Shown here: positions 19,487 through 27,701 of the stretch, piece by piece
How positions within the stretch are numbered: the first letter of the stretch is position 1
How the letters are laid out: each line of letters starts with the position of its first letter
Origin: a bacterium
Lineage (GTDB): Bacteria; UBA8248
Direction: 5' to 3'
NCBI GenBank assembly: GCA_965213625.1
Contig: CBDBZU010000004.1
Span: 2,176,001-2,240,000, forward strand
Length of the DNA: 64,000 nucleotides
Notes under the pieces: model-generated
Database searches by the model: none
What the model saw: the letters and a program-made list of their open reading frames with translations, nothing else
Told to the model about the DNA's origin: nothing
Position numbers and translations under genes: made by a program

Positions 19487-19604
19487 ATATCAATCATTTA
19501 TGACCCATCTCAAAGCGCCGCGCGATGTCTGTTTCGTTGAGAAAACCATCGATATTCGCAAGTGCGCATTCCGGCGAAACGCGCGCCCGGGAGGATAACG
19601 CCCC

Positions 19605-19847
19605 CGCAATTCCCCGCATTTGCCGTCATCGAGTGGCTCGCCGGTTATGGCAGAATTCCCCTGCGTCGCGATTCCGCGGCGTCAAATCCCAGGCATTTAA
19701 TTTACAGATATTTATCGATAAACCCCGTGAATTTATCGATATTTATCGAATTTTTCGGGAATTCATTATTTTCGAACACACCGACTCGCCTCGCCATCAT
19801 ACACGTGTGCGTCTTGAGTAGCGCGACGGCAAATGCGGGGAAATGCG
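19605..19847. repeat. MITE-like element with 23-bp terminal inverted repeats
   Basis: CGCAATTCCCCGCATTTGCCGTC (19605-19627) and GACGGCAAATGCGGGGAAATGCG (19825-19847) are 22/23 complementary; internal ATTTATCGA x3. Confidence 0.7.
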
Positions 19848-20643
19848 AGACATACCCGGCGTGAGCGTTGAAGTTCATATAAACCCGATAACCGCAAATG
19901 CGCGCCCGTCGCGATGTGCCGAGGACCAGGAATATGTCAATCTCGATGGAGGAGGGCTGTTGAGTTGGTCCTGGTTTCATGATTCGGGATATGTAGCCGA
20001 CCGGGGATGGAGGAACTGCATTCCTGAGCCCGGCGGAGAGATGCGCCTTTTGACCCTCCCTCATCGGTCGGGTCAAACCTTCGATGCGCCGCTTACACGC
20101 CTACTCAGGATGAGGTCGATTCCGACCGAAGAGGAAGGAATCGAGCAGTGGCCATACAAGACGAGGGTATGACACGGACGATGAGGTCAGTTCCAACCGG
20201 GAAAGGAGTCAGTTCCAACAGAATAGGGAGGAACTGCTTTACAGAGCCTGGAACCGGGGGTGTTGACATACAAGAGGGCTACGGGAACGCCGATTCTGCA
20301 CCGACACAGACAGTATGAAAACGGGCGGAAACACATATCCACAGAATCTGATCGATTCTTAACTTGGTAACCTGCCCGGCAACCAGATCGTCAACGTGCT
20401 GCGACAAGCCGTATTGCAGCACCCAATAAATTGATTTGCTTGACTTGTCCGGCCCTATGGCTCATATTCCTGCCGCAGATTGTCTCGCGATTGCGCGAAG
20501 CGCCGCCCATGGGCGGCACCATGTCCCGGGAACAATAATCCAAAAATCTACTCCTGCTGGCCGCGCCCGGTAAGGGCGACTCGCCAGGCATCGGCAGCGT
20601 CTATGACGTTTGCCGCGCCATATGGCGCATTTAGGATACTAAA

Positions 20644-21999
20644 GTGGCTATTCGTAAATTCTCAGAACTCGGTTTGGCCGATCCGATACAGCGTGCGTTG
20701 ACTGGCAGAAACCACGTAACCCCAACGCCAATCCAGGCGCGCGCCATCCCGGAGCTTCTCGCCGGTCGTGACATGCTGGGTATTGCCCAGACAGGCACCG
20801 GCAAAACCGCGGCTTTTGCGCTGCCCATTCTTCAGCGTTTGTCGCGGCCACATGGCGACGAGAGCGTCACTCGTAAAAAGCGCAACAATTTCAAAAACCG
20901 CAGTCACAACGGCGCCAACAAGGCTGCCCGCAGACCGCGCGCCCTGGTCCTGGCGCCGACCCGCGAGCTTGCTATCCAAATCGGTGAGGAATTCCGCGCC
21001 TACGGCAAAAACCTCGCGCTGCGTCAGACCGTGATCTTCGGTGGTGTCAGCCAGAAGCCGCAGGTCTCTGCGCTGGTTCGTGGGCTCGACATTCTGATTG
21101 CGACGCCCGGGCGGCTGCTCGATCTCATGGAGCAGCGTCATATCCGGCTCGATGCGATCGAATTCCTGGTACTCGATGAAGCCGACCGGATGCTCGATAT
21201 GGGTTTTGTGCACGATGTCCGCAAGATCATGGCGGCGATACCCAGGTCACGCCAGTCGTTGCTTTTTGCCGCAACCATGCCCAGCGAAATTTTCCGGCTG
21301 TCGGCCGAGATCCTGACCGATCCGGTGCGAGTGGAGGTGACGCCCCAGGCGACGCCTATCGATCGTATCGATCAGAGTATTTATCACGTCACCACCGCCG
21401 GAAAGCGGGTTTTGCTTGACACCATCCTCAAGGATCCCGCCATGTCGCGAGTGATTGTCTTTACGCGCACCAAGCACCATGCCAATCGTGTCGCAGAACG
21501 GCTCGGCAAGAGCGGCGTCGTAGCCGAGGCGATCCACGGCAACAAATCACAGGGCTCCCGCCAGCGCGCCCTCAAGCGTTTCCGCGACGGTCAGGCGCGG
21601 GTCCTGGTGGCGACCGATATCGCGGCCCGCGGCATCGATGTGGATTCCGTCAGCCATGTCATCAATTACGAACTCCCCAATGAGCCGGAAAATTATGTCC
21701 ACCGAATCGGGCGGACAGCGCGGGCCGGTGCGTGCGGTGCGGCGATTGCCTTTTGCGATCCGAGCGAGCGGGCTTATTTGAGCGATATCGAAAAACTGAT
21801 CGAGAGCCGGCTGACGGTGATTGGTGACGAACCCGCTCCGGTCGATCCCAAGCCGGCCCCACCGGATCAGCGCGGCAGGCGCAGACCTAAAGGCAGAACC
21901 CGGAAGCCCCGTAGCAGACTTGCACTCAAGACCGGCCGGCCCGGTAGAAACCGTCATCGCAATCGATATGCGAGAGGCGGAGAAAAGCCGGCGGCCTGA
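20644..21999 (+). CDS. rhlE: DEAD-box RNA helicase (RhlE-like)
   Basis: Q motif PTPIQ, AQTGTGKT, PTRELA, TPGRL, DEAD, ARGID, HRIGRTAR; basic C-terminal tail. Confidence 0.9.
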   Translation: MAIRKFSELGLADPIQRALTGRNHVTPTPIQARAIPELLAGRDMLGIAQTGTGKTAAFALPILQRLSRPHGDESVTRKKRNNFKNRSHNGANKAARRPRALVLAPTRELAIQIGEEFRAYGKNLALRQTVIFGGVSQKPQVSALVRGLDILIATPGRLLDLMEQRHIRLDAIEFLVLDEADRMLDMGFVHDVRKIMAAIPRSRQSLLFAATMPSEIFRLSAEILTDPVRVEVTPQATPIDRIDQSIYHVTTAGKRVLLDTILKDPAMSRVIVFTRTKHHANRVAERLGKSGVVAEAIHGNKSQGSRQRALKRFRDGQARVLVATDIAARGIDVDSVSHVINYELPNEPENYVHRIGRTARAGACGAAIAFCDPSERAYLSDIEKLIESRLTVIGDEPAPVDPKPAPPDQRGRRRPKGRTRKPRSRLALKTGRPGRNRHRNRYARGGEKPAA

Positions 22000-22609
22000 A
22001 GCGGCATCGTCATCCCCAATACCGGCCGGCGTTTCTTACTGTGCGGCGGGCCGATGTGACGTATGTTCCGGCGGCTATCTTCCAGCGGAAAAAATTACAA
22101 CTCTACTTTTCTCGCCGAACATTGCCGTGCGCGTTGTCGGGACGCGCGAAAACGGGGACTGCGCCGTAGGCGAGAACCGGGCGCCGCCAAGAGGAATGGA
22201 TTGGTGGTTCCTGAACCTGAGTTGCGGGGCACTGGAACATTACCGCAAACAAGCCATGAAACCGGACCGTTTTCGTCAGCCGTAATATTTACCTGACTCA
22301 TTGATTATATTTCTGCATGTCTATTCTTCCGGGCCGATTGCATATCGATCTCACATAATTCGTCTCTTCATTCGTGATACGTCAATCGCTCCTCCTCGGT
22401 CGCGATTGTTCACCGGCGTCTCGAACCGTGCAGGAGGATGCCGCTCTTGGGCTTTTCGCCATTTGCGGATTCTTTGAGGCTCGCCTCGAGACTCATCTCG
22501 TAGGCAGGGCCGAGTCGCCTGGCGACCGCAGGGGCATTTTTCGTCGAAATGCACCTCTCTTTAAGCCTGTCGAGATGGCGGATGAACGGACTGCGTCCGC
22601 CCTCTCTTA

Positions 22610-22921
22610 GCCGCCTGCATCGTCTGTGAGGACCTCGCCTGCATGAAGGCCTGCCCGAGCGGCGCCCTCTCCTTGGTGTCCCGCGAGGAGATCCGTATCG
22701 GGCTCGCGCAGGTGAGTCCCGACCGCTGCCTCGCGTGGAGCGGTACGGATCCGGGCTGCGATTACTGCGTGGACCGGTGCCCGCTCGGGTCAGATGCCAT
22801 CCGGTTCGAGCGCGCCGGAGGAGTGCGCGGCCCCGTGGTCGAGAAAGGGTGCGTCGGGTGCGGCGTATGCGAGTATTTCTGCCCGGCGCAGCCCTCCGCC
22901 ATCCGGGTGTACGGCCCCTGA
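22610..22921 (+). pseudogene. C-terminal fragment of a NapG/MauM-type ferredoxin
   Basis: AACIVCEDLACMKACPSGAL..C..CDYCVDRCP..CVGCGVCEYFCP; no start upstream of the first Cys cluster (in-frame TGA at 22583). Confidence 0.7.
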
Positions 22922-23206
22922 ATCCCGCCGGATGCGGAAAACCGCCTCTTCCCGCGCTCCCGTCAAGCCATCTTGTATCGGGGGGAGGGTAGAAACGATG
23001 TCCCCCCGAAGTGACTTATTCAACAAACCCTTATGATGGCGCTCGACTCCCGCCCCCGGCGCGCAGCGTCATCGGTGAAATTCAGGCGCAAGGCAGGTGA
23101 AGTCGTGCTACTATCGTCCCGGCATCCTGGCGCGGGTCCGGGAGATTCTCCCCGGCGTCAGGTTCGCCTCCCCAAATCCTTTTCTCATCAGGCATGGAGC
23201 GCGCAT

Positions 23207-23674
23207 ATGAGCATCGAAAAGAGGCTGGAAGAACTCGGCATCGAACTTCCCGAAGTCCCGCCCGCCGTGGCGAACTACATCCCCGGCGTGGCGGTGGGCG
23301 AGGTGCTTTTCCTCGCGGGCACCATCGGCCAGTACAACGGAGAGATCCCCGTTCAGGGGAAGCTCGGCGGCGGGGTCACCGTCGAGCAGGGCTACCAGTC
23401 GGCGCGACTGTGCGGCTTGAACCACTTCGCCATGGCGAAACATTGCCTGGATGGCGATCTCGACCGCATCGTCCGGGCCGTGCGTCTCGAAGGCTACGTG
23501 AACAGCGCGCCCGGCTTTACGGAAGCGCCCTGGGTGGTGAACGGGGAGAGCGACCTCCTCGTCGAGGTGCTCGGCGAGGAGCGGGGGAAGCACGCGCGCG
23601 CGGCCTTGAACATCAACGAACTCACTTACGACGCGCCGGTGGAGACCATTCTCACACTGCAGATTCGTCCCTAG
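23207..23674 (+). CDS. RidA/YjgF/UK114 family protein
   Basis: MSIEKRLEELGIELP..PAVANY, VNSAPGF, NGESDLLVEVLG..GKHARAA, APVE. Confidence 0.9.
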   Translation: MSIEKRLEELGIELPEVPPAVANYIPGVAVGEVLFLAGTIGQYNGEIPVQGKLGGGVTVEQGYQSARLCGLNHFAMAKHCLDGDLDRIVRAVRLEGYVNSAPGFTEAPWVVNGESDLLVEVLGEERGKHARAALNINELTYDAPVETILTLQIRP

Positions 23675-23680
23675 CTGTCC

Positions 23681-24148
23681 AGGGGTTGTTGAAAAAGCCC
23701 TCTCCGCCTCATCCTGAGGATGTCGAAGAGACGCTTCTTCGATACAAACGCTCCTTTGTCGGGGCTGTTGAAAAAGTCCTTTCCGCCTCATCCTGAGTAG
23801 CGGCGAAGCCGCGTATCGAAGGATGCCCTCTCGCCCCGGTGCGAGGCGTTCGACTCCCCTCGCCCTTCGATACGCCGCCTACGGCGGCTACTCAGGGTGA
23901 GGTCATTTCGGTAGCCAAAAATGACGAGGGGTACGCGCTCGCTACCAGAACCGGCTTTTTCAATACCTCCCTCAAGGGGGGAGTGGTTTATCCTCTCACA
24001 TCGCTCGATTACATATATCGAATGAGGAAATTAGGGTTTTTCAACAGCCCCTTGTCAGTCGCGTTTTACCTGCGGCGGCTACTCAGTTTGAGGAAAGAGG
24101 CGTTGGCGGTTTGCGTAGGTCGCAGACGGGGTTTTTCAACAATCTCCT
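23681..24148. mobile_element. Cluster of non-autonomous element ends (GGGGYTGTTGAAAAAGYCC-type TIRs) with REP-like hairpins
   Basis: Forward TIR-like copies at 23681-23700 and 23761-23779; reverse copies at 23953-23972, 24034-24052, 24129-24148. Confidence 0.6.
23786..23902. repeat. Long REP-like hairpin (CCTCATCCTGAG...TCGAAGG family)
   Basis: Arms 23786-23822 and 23864-23902 are inverted; partial copies near 20079-20115, 23707-23745 and 24073-24087. Confidence 0.75.
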
Positions 24149-25784
24149 AAGCTTCCGTCTTTGGCGATCCCAGTTCCGTGAGGCATGTGCTGACGATCAC
24201 GGCGCTGGTCGTGGCTTCCGCCGTGATGACCCTCGTGGCGCCGGCCGCCTTCAGTGAGTCCTCGTCTATATCGTAGAGGGCGCGCGCAATGACGGGAGTG
24301 TCGGGAGCCGTCCGGCGAATTGCGCGAACCGCAAGTTCCGTGGCTCGCGTGTCGTTAATGGTCACCACCACCAGACGGGCGTTCCTGCTACCAAGCTCCT
24401 CCAGCACTTCCCTCTGCGTGACGTCTCCATAAACAGCCAGTTCTCCTGCCGCTTTTGCGGCGCGAACGTTATCGACGTTCACGTCGACCGCGATGCAAGC
24501 GAATCCCGCAGTGCGAGCGGCCAGACATATATCCCGGCCTGTTCGGCCGTAGCCGGCAACGATGACGTGGTCGCTGTGCGGCTCGTGGGCATCGAATCCG
24601 GGAGGCTCGGCTCCCAGTATCCGGTTCAGCCATGGGACGCGGTCCGCGCCGAGAGCCAGGTGAGGGCCGAATGCGATGACCATCGGTGTGACCAGCATGG
24701 ACAGGATGATCGCCACGAGGAGATTGTGGGACAACTCGTCTCCAAGGAGACCGGTTCCCGAAACTGCATTAAGTAGTACGAACGAGAACTCGCCGATCTG
24801 GCACAATGTAGCCGCCGACAGAATAGCCACGCGAAGCGGCAATCTCAGGATCAACCCCATTGCGAATATAATCGCGAATTTGCCGACGAGGATGAGGCCG
24901 AGAAGCCCGAGAATCGGCGCAAAATGCTCGAACACGTCCGAAACGTCCAGCAGCATGCCCACGGAAACGAAAAAAACGCTGGCGAAAACTTCTCGCACGG
25001 GAATCAGATCTGACATCGCCTGGTGCCGAAACTCGCTTCCGGCGACGATCAGGCCGGCCAGGAATGCCCCGAGCGCGAGCGAGATTCCCGCCAGCGACAA
25101 GGCCCAGGCGATCCCGAAGCATCCGAGAAATACGGTCAGTACGAAGAGGTCCCTCTCCCTCGTCTTGGCAACGAACGCGAGCAGATACGGGACGACGCGG
25201 CTGGCTGCCACCAGCACGCCCGTGAGGATGAGAATACCGATGATGGCCGCGACTGCGATTTCCCGTGTGGAACTCTGTTGTCCGGCCAGGATGGGCGCCA
25301 CCAGGAGCATGGGAACCACGCACAGGTCCTGGAAGACGAGAATGCCGACCGCCAGTCGGCCGTGCGGCGAATCCAGTTCCCCCCGTGTGGACAGGCCCCG
25401 CAAAACGACGGCTGTGCTGGATACGGCGACGACGCAACCGAGAAATACGGCGGACCTCGTTTCGAGTCCGTACCAGACGGCCACGGCGGCGGCGCATGCG
25501 ACCGTAGCCGCCACCTGAATGCTCCCGCCCAAGAGGATGGCTTTCCATAGGCGTCGCAGGTGGCCGAGCGAGAGTTCGAGGCCGATCCCAAACAGAAGGA
25601 GGACGATGCCGATCTCGGCCAGCACCTCGACCTGATGGGAGTCGTCCACGAGGCGCAATGCCGTCGGCCCGACAAGGACGCCTGCGAGGATAAATCCGGC
25701 GATAGACGGAACGCCCACGCGGCGCAGCACCGTTGCGACCACGACCGCCGACCCGAGTACGATTACCAGATCCCAGAGATACAC
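24147..25784 (-). CDS. CPA2/Kef-type cation:proton antiporter with TrkA-N domain
   Basis: LAEIGIVLLLFGIGLE, VSSTAVV, ILVFQD, ALGAFLAG, QIGEFSF, AGYGRTG. True start about 25784-25796. Confidence 0.92.
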   Translation of the reverse strand: MYLWDLVIVLGSAVVVATVLRRVGVPSIAGFILAGVLVGPTALRLVDDSHQVEVLAEIGIVLLLFGIGLELSLGHLRRLWKAILLGGSIQVAATVACAAAVAVWYGLETRSAVFLGCVVAVSSTAVVLRGLSTRGELDSPHGRLAVGILVFQDLCVVPMLLVAPILAGQQSSTREIAVAAIIGILILTGVLVAASRVVPYLLAFVAKTRERDLFVLTVFLGCFGIAWALSLAGISLALGAFLAGLIVAGSEFRHQAMSDLIPVREVFASVFFVSVGMLLDVSDVFEHFAPILGLLGLILVGKFAIIFAMGLILRLPLRVAILSAATLCQIGEFSFVLLNAVSGTGLLGDELSHNLLVAIILSMLVTPMVIAFGPHLALGADRVPWLNRILGAEPPGFDAHEPHSDHVIVAGYGRTGRDICLAARTAGFACIAVDVNVDNVRAAKAAGELAVYGDVTQREVLEELGSRNARLVVVTINDTRATELAVRAIRRTAPDTPVIARALYDIDEDSLKAAGATRVITAEATTSAVIVSTCLTELGSPKTEA

Positions 25785-25929
25785 GATTTCAGGCAAGCGC
25801 TTTCGCCTCCAGGGTGCGTCGGTGTGTGCCGGGAGGAGGTCGCTGTCCGGGCGCCGACGGCGATTCCAGCCGGCTGGAAATGTCGAAGCCCATCTTATCA
25901 CATCCGCAAACGACCGGCTCCGAAAGATC

Positions 25930-26045
25930 GTGCTCGGGGGAAGCACGCGCGCGGCCTTGAACATCAACGAACTCACCTACGACGCGCCGGTGGGGACCAT
26001 TCTCACTCTGCAGATTCGTCCCTGGCCGTCCAGGGGTTGTTGAAA
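25930..26045 (+). pseudogene. Decayed duplicate of the ridA 3' end
   Basis: Direct repeat of 23567-23694 with small deletions and TAG changed to TGG. Confidence 0.85.
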
Positions 26046-26367
26046 TAGTCCTGATTTCGTGATTGGGCATATGTAAGAAGCCGACCAAGGAAGGGGGCTG
26101 TAACGGACAGGCCCCTGTGCCTGCCCGAGGTCGCGACCTTGGGCTGTTCACAAAAACGGCCCACTACAAGGCGGTGCGGTTTTGCCCGTCATTCCGGCGA
26201 AAGCCGGAATCCATTTTACGCCTTTTGCCTTTGGTAAGGGTTCCCGCGCATCGGCGGGGAATGAAACGCCGCCTTTCATACACCCACATCCGCAAATGGA
26301 TTCCGGCTTTCGCCGGAATGACAGCAGTGCCCAATTCCGAGCGGGGAGGACTTTTTCAGCACCCCCT
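26032..26367. mobile_element. MITE-like element with 20-bp TIRs enclosing REP-like repeats
   Basis: AGGGGTTGTTGAAATAGTCC and GGACTTTTTCAGCACCCCCT are 17/20 complementary. Confidence 0.6.
26188..26322. repeat. REP/RPE-like palindromic element (GTCATTCCGGCGAAAGCCGGAATCCA ... TGGATTCCGGCTTTCGCCGGAATGAC)
   Basis: Perfect inverted arms; spurious translation WIPAFAGMT is typical of this repeat class. Confidence 0.85.
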
Positions 26368-26425
26368 CTTGGTTCTGGCTTGAAGCACTTGTTCGGTGTC
26401 TGCTTTCAGAACGCCTGCACGCCGC

Positions 26426-26893
26426 TCATTCGCGCAGGAGCGACATAATCTCGGCGCCGAGGGTGAGGTCTTCCACGCCGCCGAACTTTTGCTTGCGCAG
26501 ACGCCCCTCCCGATCGATGAGGAGCATGGTCGGCGTGCCTTGCATGGCGTAGCGGGCCATCGTTTGCGGCGGACCCGCGCCGTCCGACGGCGCATCGATG
26601 CCCACCGGGAACGCGATCCTGTATTCATGGAGGAATGCGGCCAGCGCCTCTCGGGTTCCCTGCGCCGCATGGTGCTCGAACACCGTATGCAAACCGATTA
26701 CGGCGACATCGTCTGGGCTGAATGTCTGCCGCACGCGCATCGCCTGCGGCAAGGCGTGGGAGACGCATCCCGGGCAAAGCATCTGGAAGGCTTCCACCAG
26801 CACAATCTTGCCGCGCAACGCTTCAAGCGTGACGGGGTTGTCGGTGTTGAGCCACTCGGTGGTTTGCAATTCGGGCGCGATTTCGGGTTTCAT
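26426..26893 (-). CDS. Redoxin / AhpC-TSA / TlpA-like thioredoxin-fold protein
   Basis: LRGKIVLVEAFQMLCPGC, GLHTVFEHH, GTPTMLLIDREG. Confidence 0.88.
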   Translation of the reverse strand: MKPEIAPELQTTEWLNTDNPVTLEALRGKIVLVEAFQMLCPGCVSHALPQAMRVRQTFSPDDVAVIGLHTVFEHHAAQGTREALAAFLHEYRIAFPVGIDAPSDGAGPPQTMARYAMQGTPTMLLIDREGRLRKQKFGGVEDLTLGAEIMSLLRE

Positions 26894-26946
26894 CCGTTTT
26901 CTCCTCCTGCTTTCGCGGTCGCCTGCCTGTCCTGCTTATCTCCCTG

Positions 26947-27234
26947 TCACGCCGCACCGAACTTCTCGACCTTGATTTCGTCGATGTGGACGCGCGCCTG
27001 CCAAAGATCGTAAGCCATCTGCAGGCCGAGCCAGGTCTCCGGCGTCGAACCGAACGCCTTGGAAAGTCGAATCGCCATTTCTATGGAGACCCCCGTGCGC
27101 TCGTTGAGCAGTTCCGACAAGGTCTGGCGCGCGACGCCGATGCCCTCGGCGGCCTTCGTTACGGACAACCCGAGCGGTTCGAGACATTGCCGCCTCACGA
27201 TTCCGCCCGGATGCGGCGGATTTTTCATCGCCAT
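26947..27234 (-). CDS. higA: HigA family antitoxin (HTH-XRE)
   Basis: PPHPG, MAIRLSKAFGSTPETWLGLQMAYDL. Confidence 0.93.
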   Translation of the reverse strand: MAMKNPPHPGGIVRRQCLEPLGLSVTKAAEGIGVARQTLSELLNERTGVSIEMAIRLSKAFGSTPETWLGLQMAYDLWQARVHIDEIKVEKFGAA

Positions 27235-27247
27235 CGTTTTGCCCTCA

Positions 27248-27526
27248 TTAGTGGTAGTCGAGGTAATCCACGTCGACTACATCCCCTTCTTCGAACCGAA
27301 AGGTCACCCGCCGGTTCCCCGAGACGGCTACGGCGTAATAGCCCTTCAGTTCACCCTTTAGTGGATGGAGCCGGAAACCGGGAATATCGACGTCCCGTGG
27401 CCTTCGACTCCTGTCGAGAACAGCCAGGATGTCCCGCAGCTTCTGGACATGATCCGGCGCAACCCGCCGCGCCGTTCGGCCATCGTAGAGTGCTTTCATG
27501 CCCCGATGTTTGAAAGACGCGATCAT
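27248..27526 (-). CDS. higB: HigB (RelE-like, plasmid killer) toxin
   Basis: MIASFKHRG, PGFRLHPLKG, VSGNRRVTFRF, DVDYLDYH; toxin upstream of antitoxin. Confidence 0.93.
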   Translation of the reverse strand: MIASFKHRGMKALYDGRTARRVAPDHVQKLRDILAVLDRSRRPRDVDIPGFRLHPLKGELKGYYAVAVSGNRRVTFRFEEGDVVDVDYLDYH

Positions 27527-27532
27527 TGCTCA

Positions 27533-27566
27533 AGGCTAATGTGTCAGGTGTCGACTGTCAACTGAC
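27533..27566 (-). promoter_or_regulatory. higBA promoter with overlapping palindromic operator
   Basis: Minus strand TTGACA(27561-27556)-N17-TAGCCT(27538-27533), 6 nt before ATG; imperfect palindrome GTCAG...CTGAC at 27543-27566. Confidence 0.7.
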
Positions 27567-27646
27567 GGACCGGCGGCGATAACGCCGCAAGGCGGCTTGG
27601 GGGCGATCCGGTGGAAATCCCCTCACGCGCCCGGTCGATTTTCATC

Positions 27647-27690
27647 TTGCATGGGCCGCTCAACGTGTGATATTTTCGTATTATATTCGT
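27647..27690 (+). promoter_or_regulatory. Putative promoter and SOS-box-like direct repeat of the Y-family polymerase
   Basis: TTGCAT-N18-TATTTT overlapped by TTTC-N7-ATTC (27674-27688). Confidence 0.4.
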
Positions 27691-27701
27691 TAGGATCAGT
27701 C

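Noticed and set aside
19465-19495. dif-like site at the end of the low-GC tract
   Set aside because: Only a partial TTAAAT match; XerC arm and spacing do not fit.
19980-20300. Possible CRISPR array
   Set aside because: Only two or three degenerate repeats with irregular spacing and no cas genes.
22583-22594. TGA-ACG-GAC-TGC as a selenocysteine UxxC motif ahead of the ferredoxin fragment
   Set aside because: In-frame TAA at 22562 with no start codon in between; no SECIS evident.
22405-22610. Minus-strand frame resembling an ImmA/IrrE C-terminal fragment (ARRLGPAYEMSLEASL)
   Set aside because: No HExxH motif or start codon; similarity too weak to support.
25797-25976. N-terminal extension of the Kef antiporter ORF (609 aa in the track)
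   Set aside because: It runs antisense through the ridA duplicate; homology starts at about 25784-25796.
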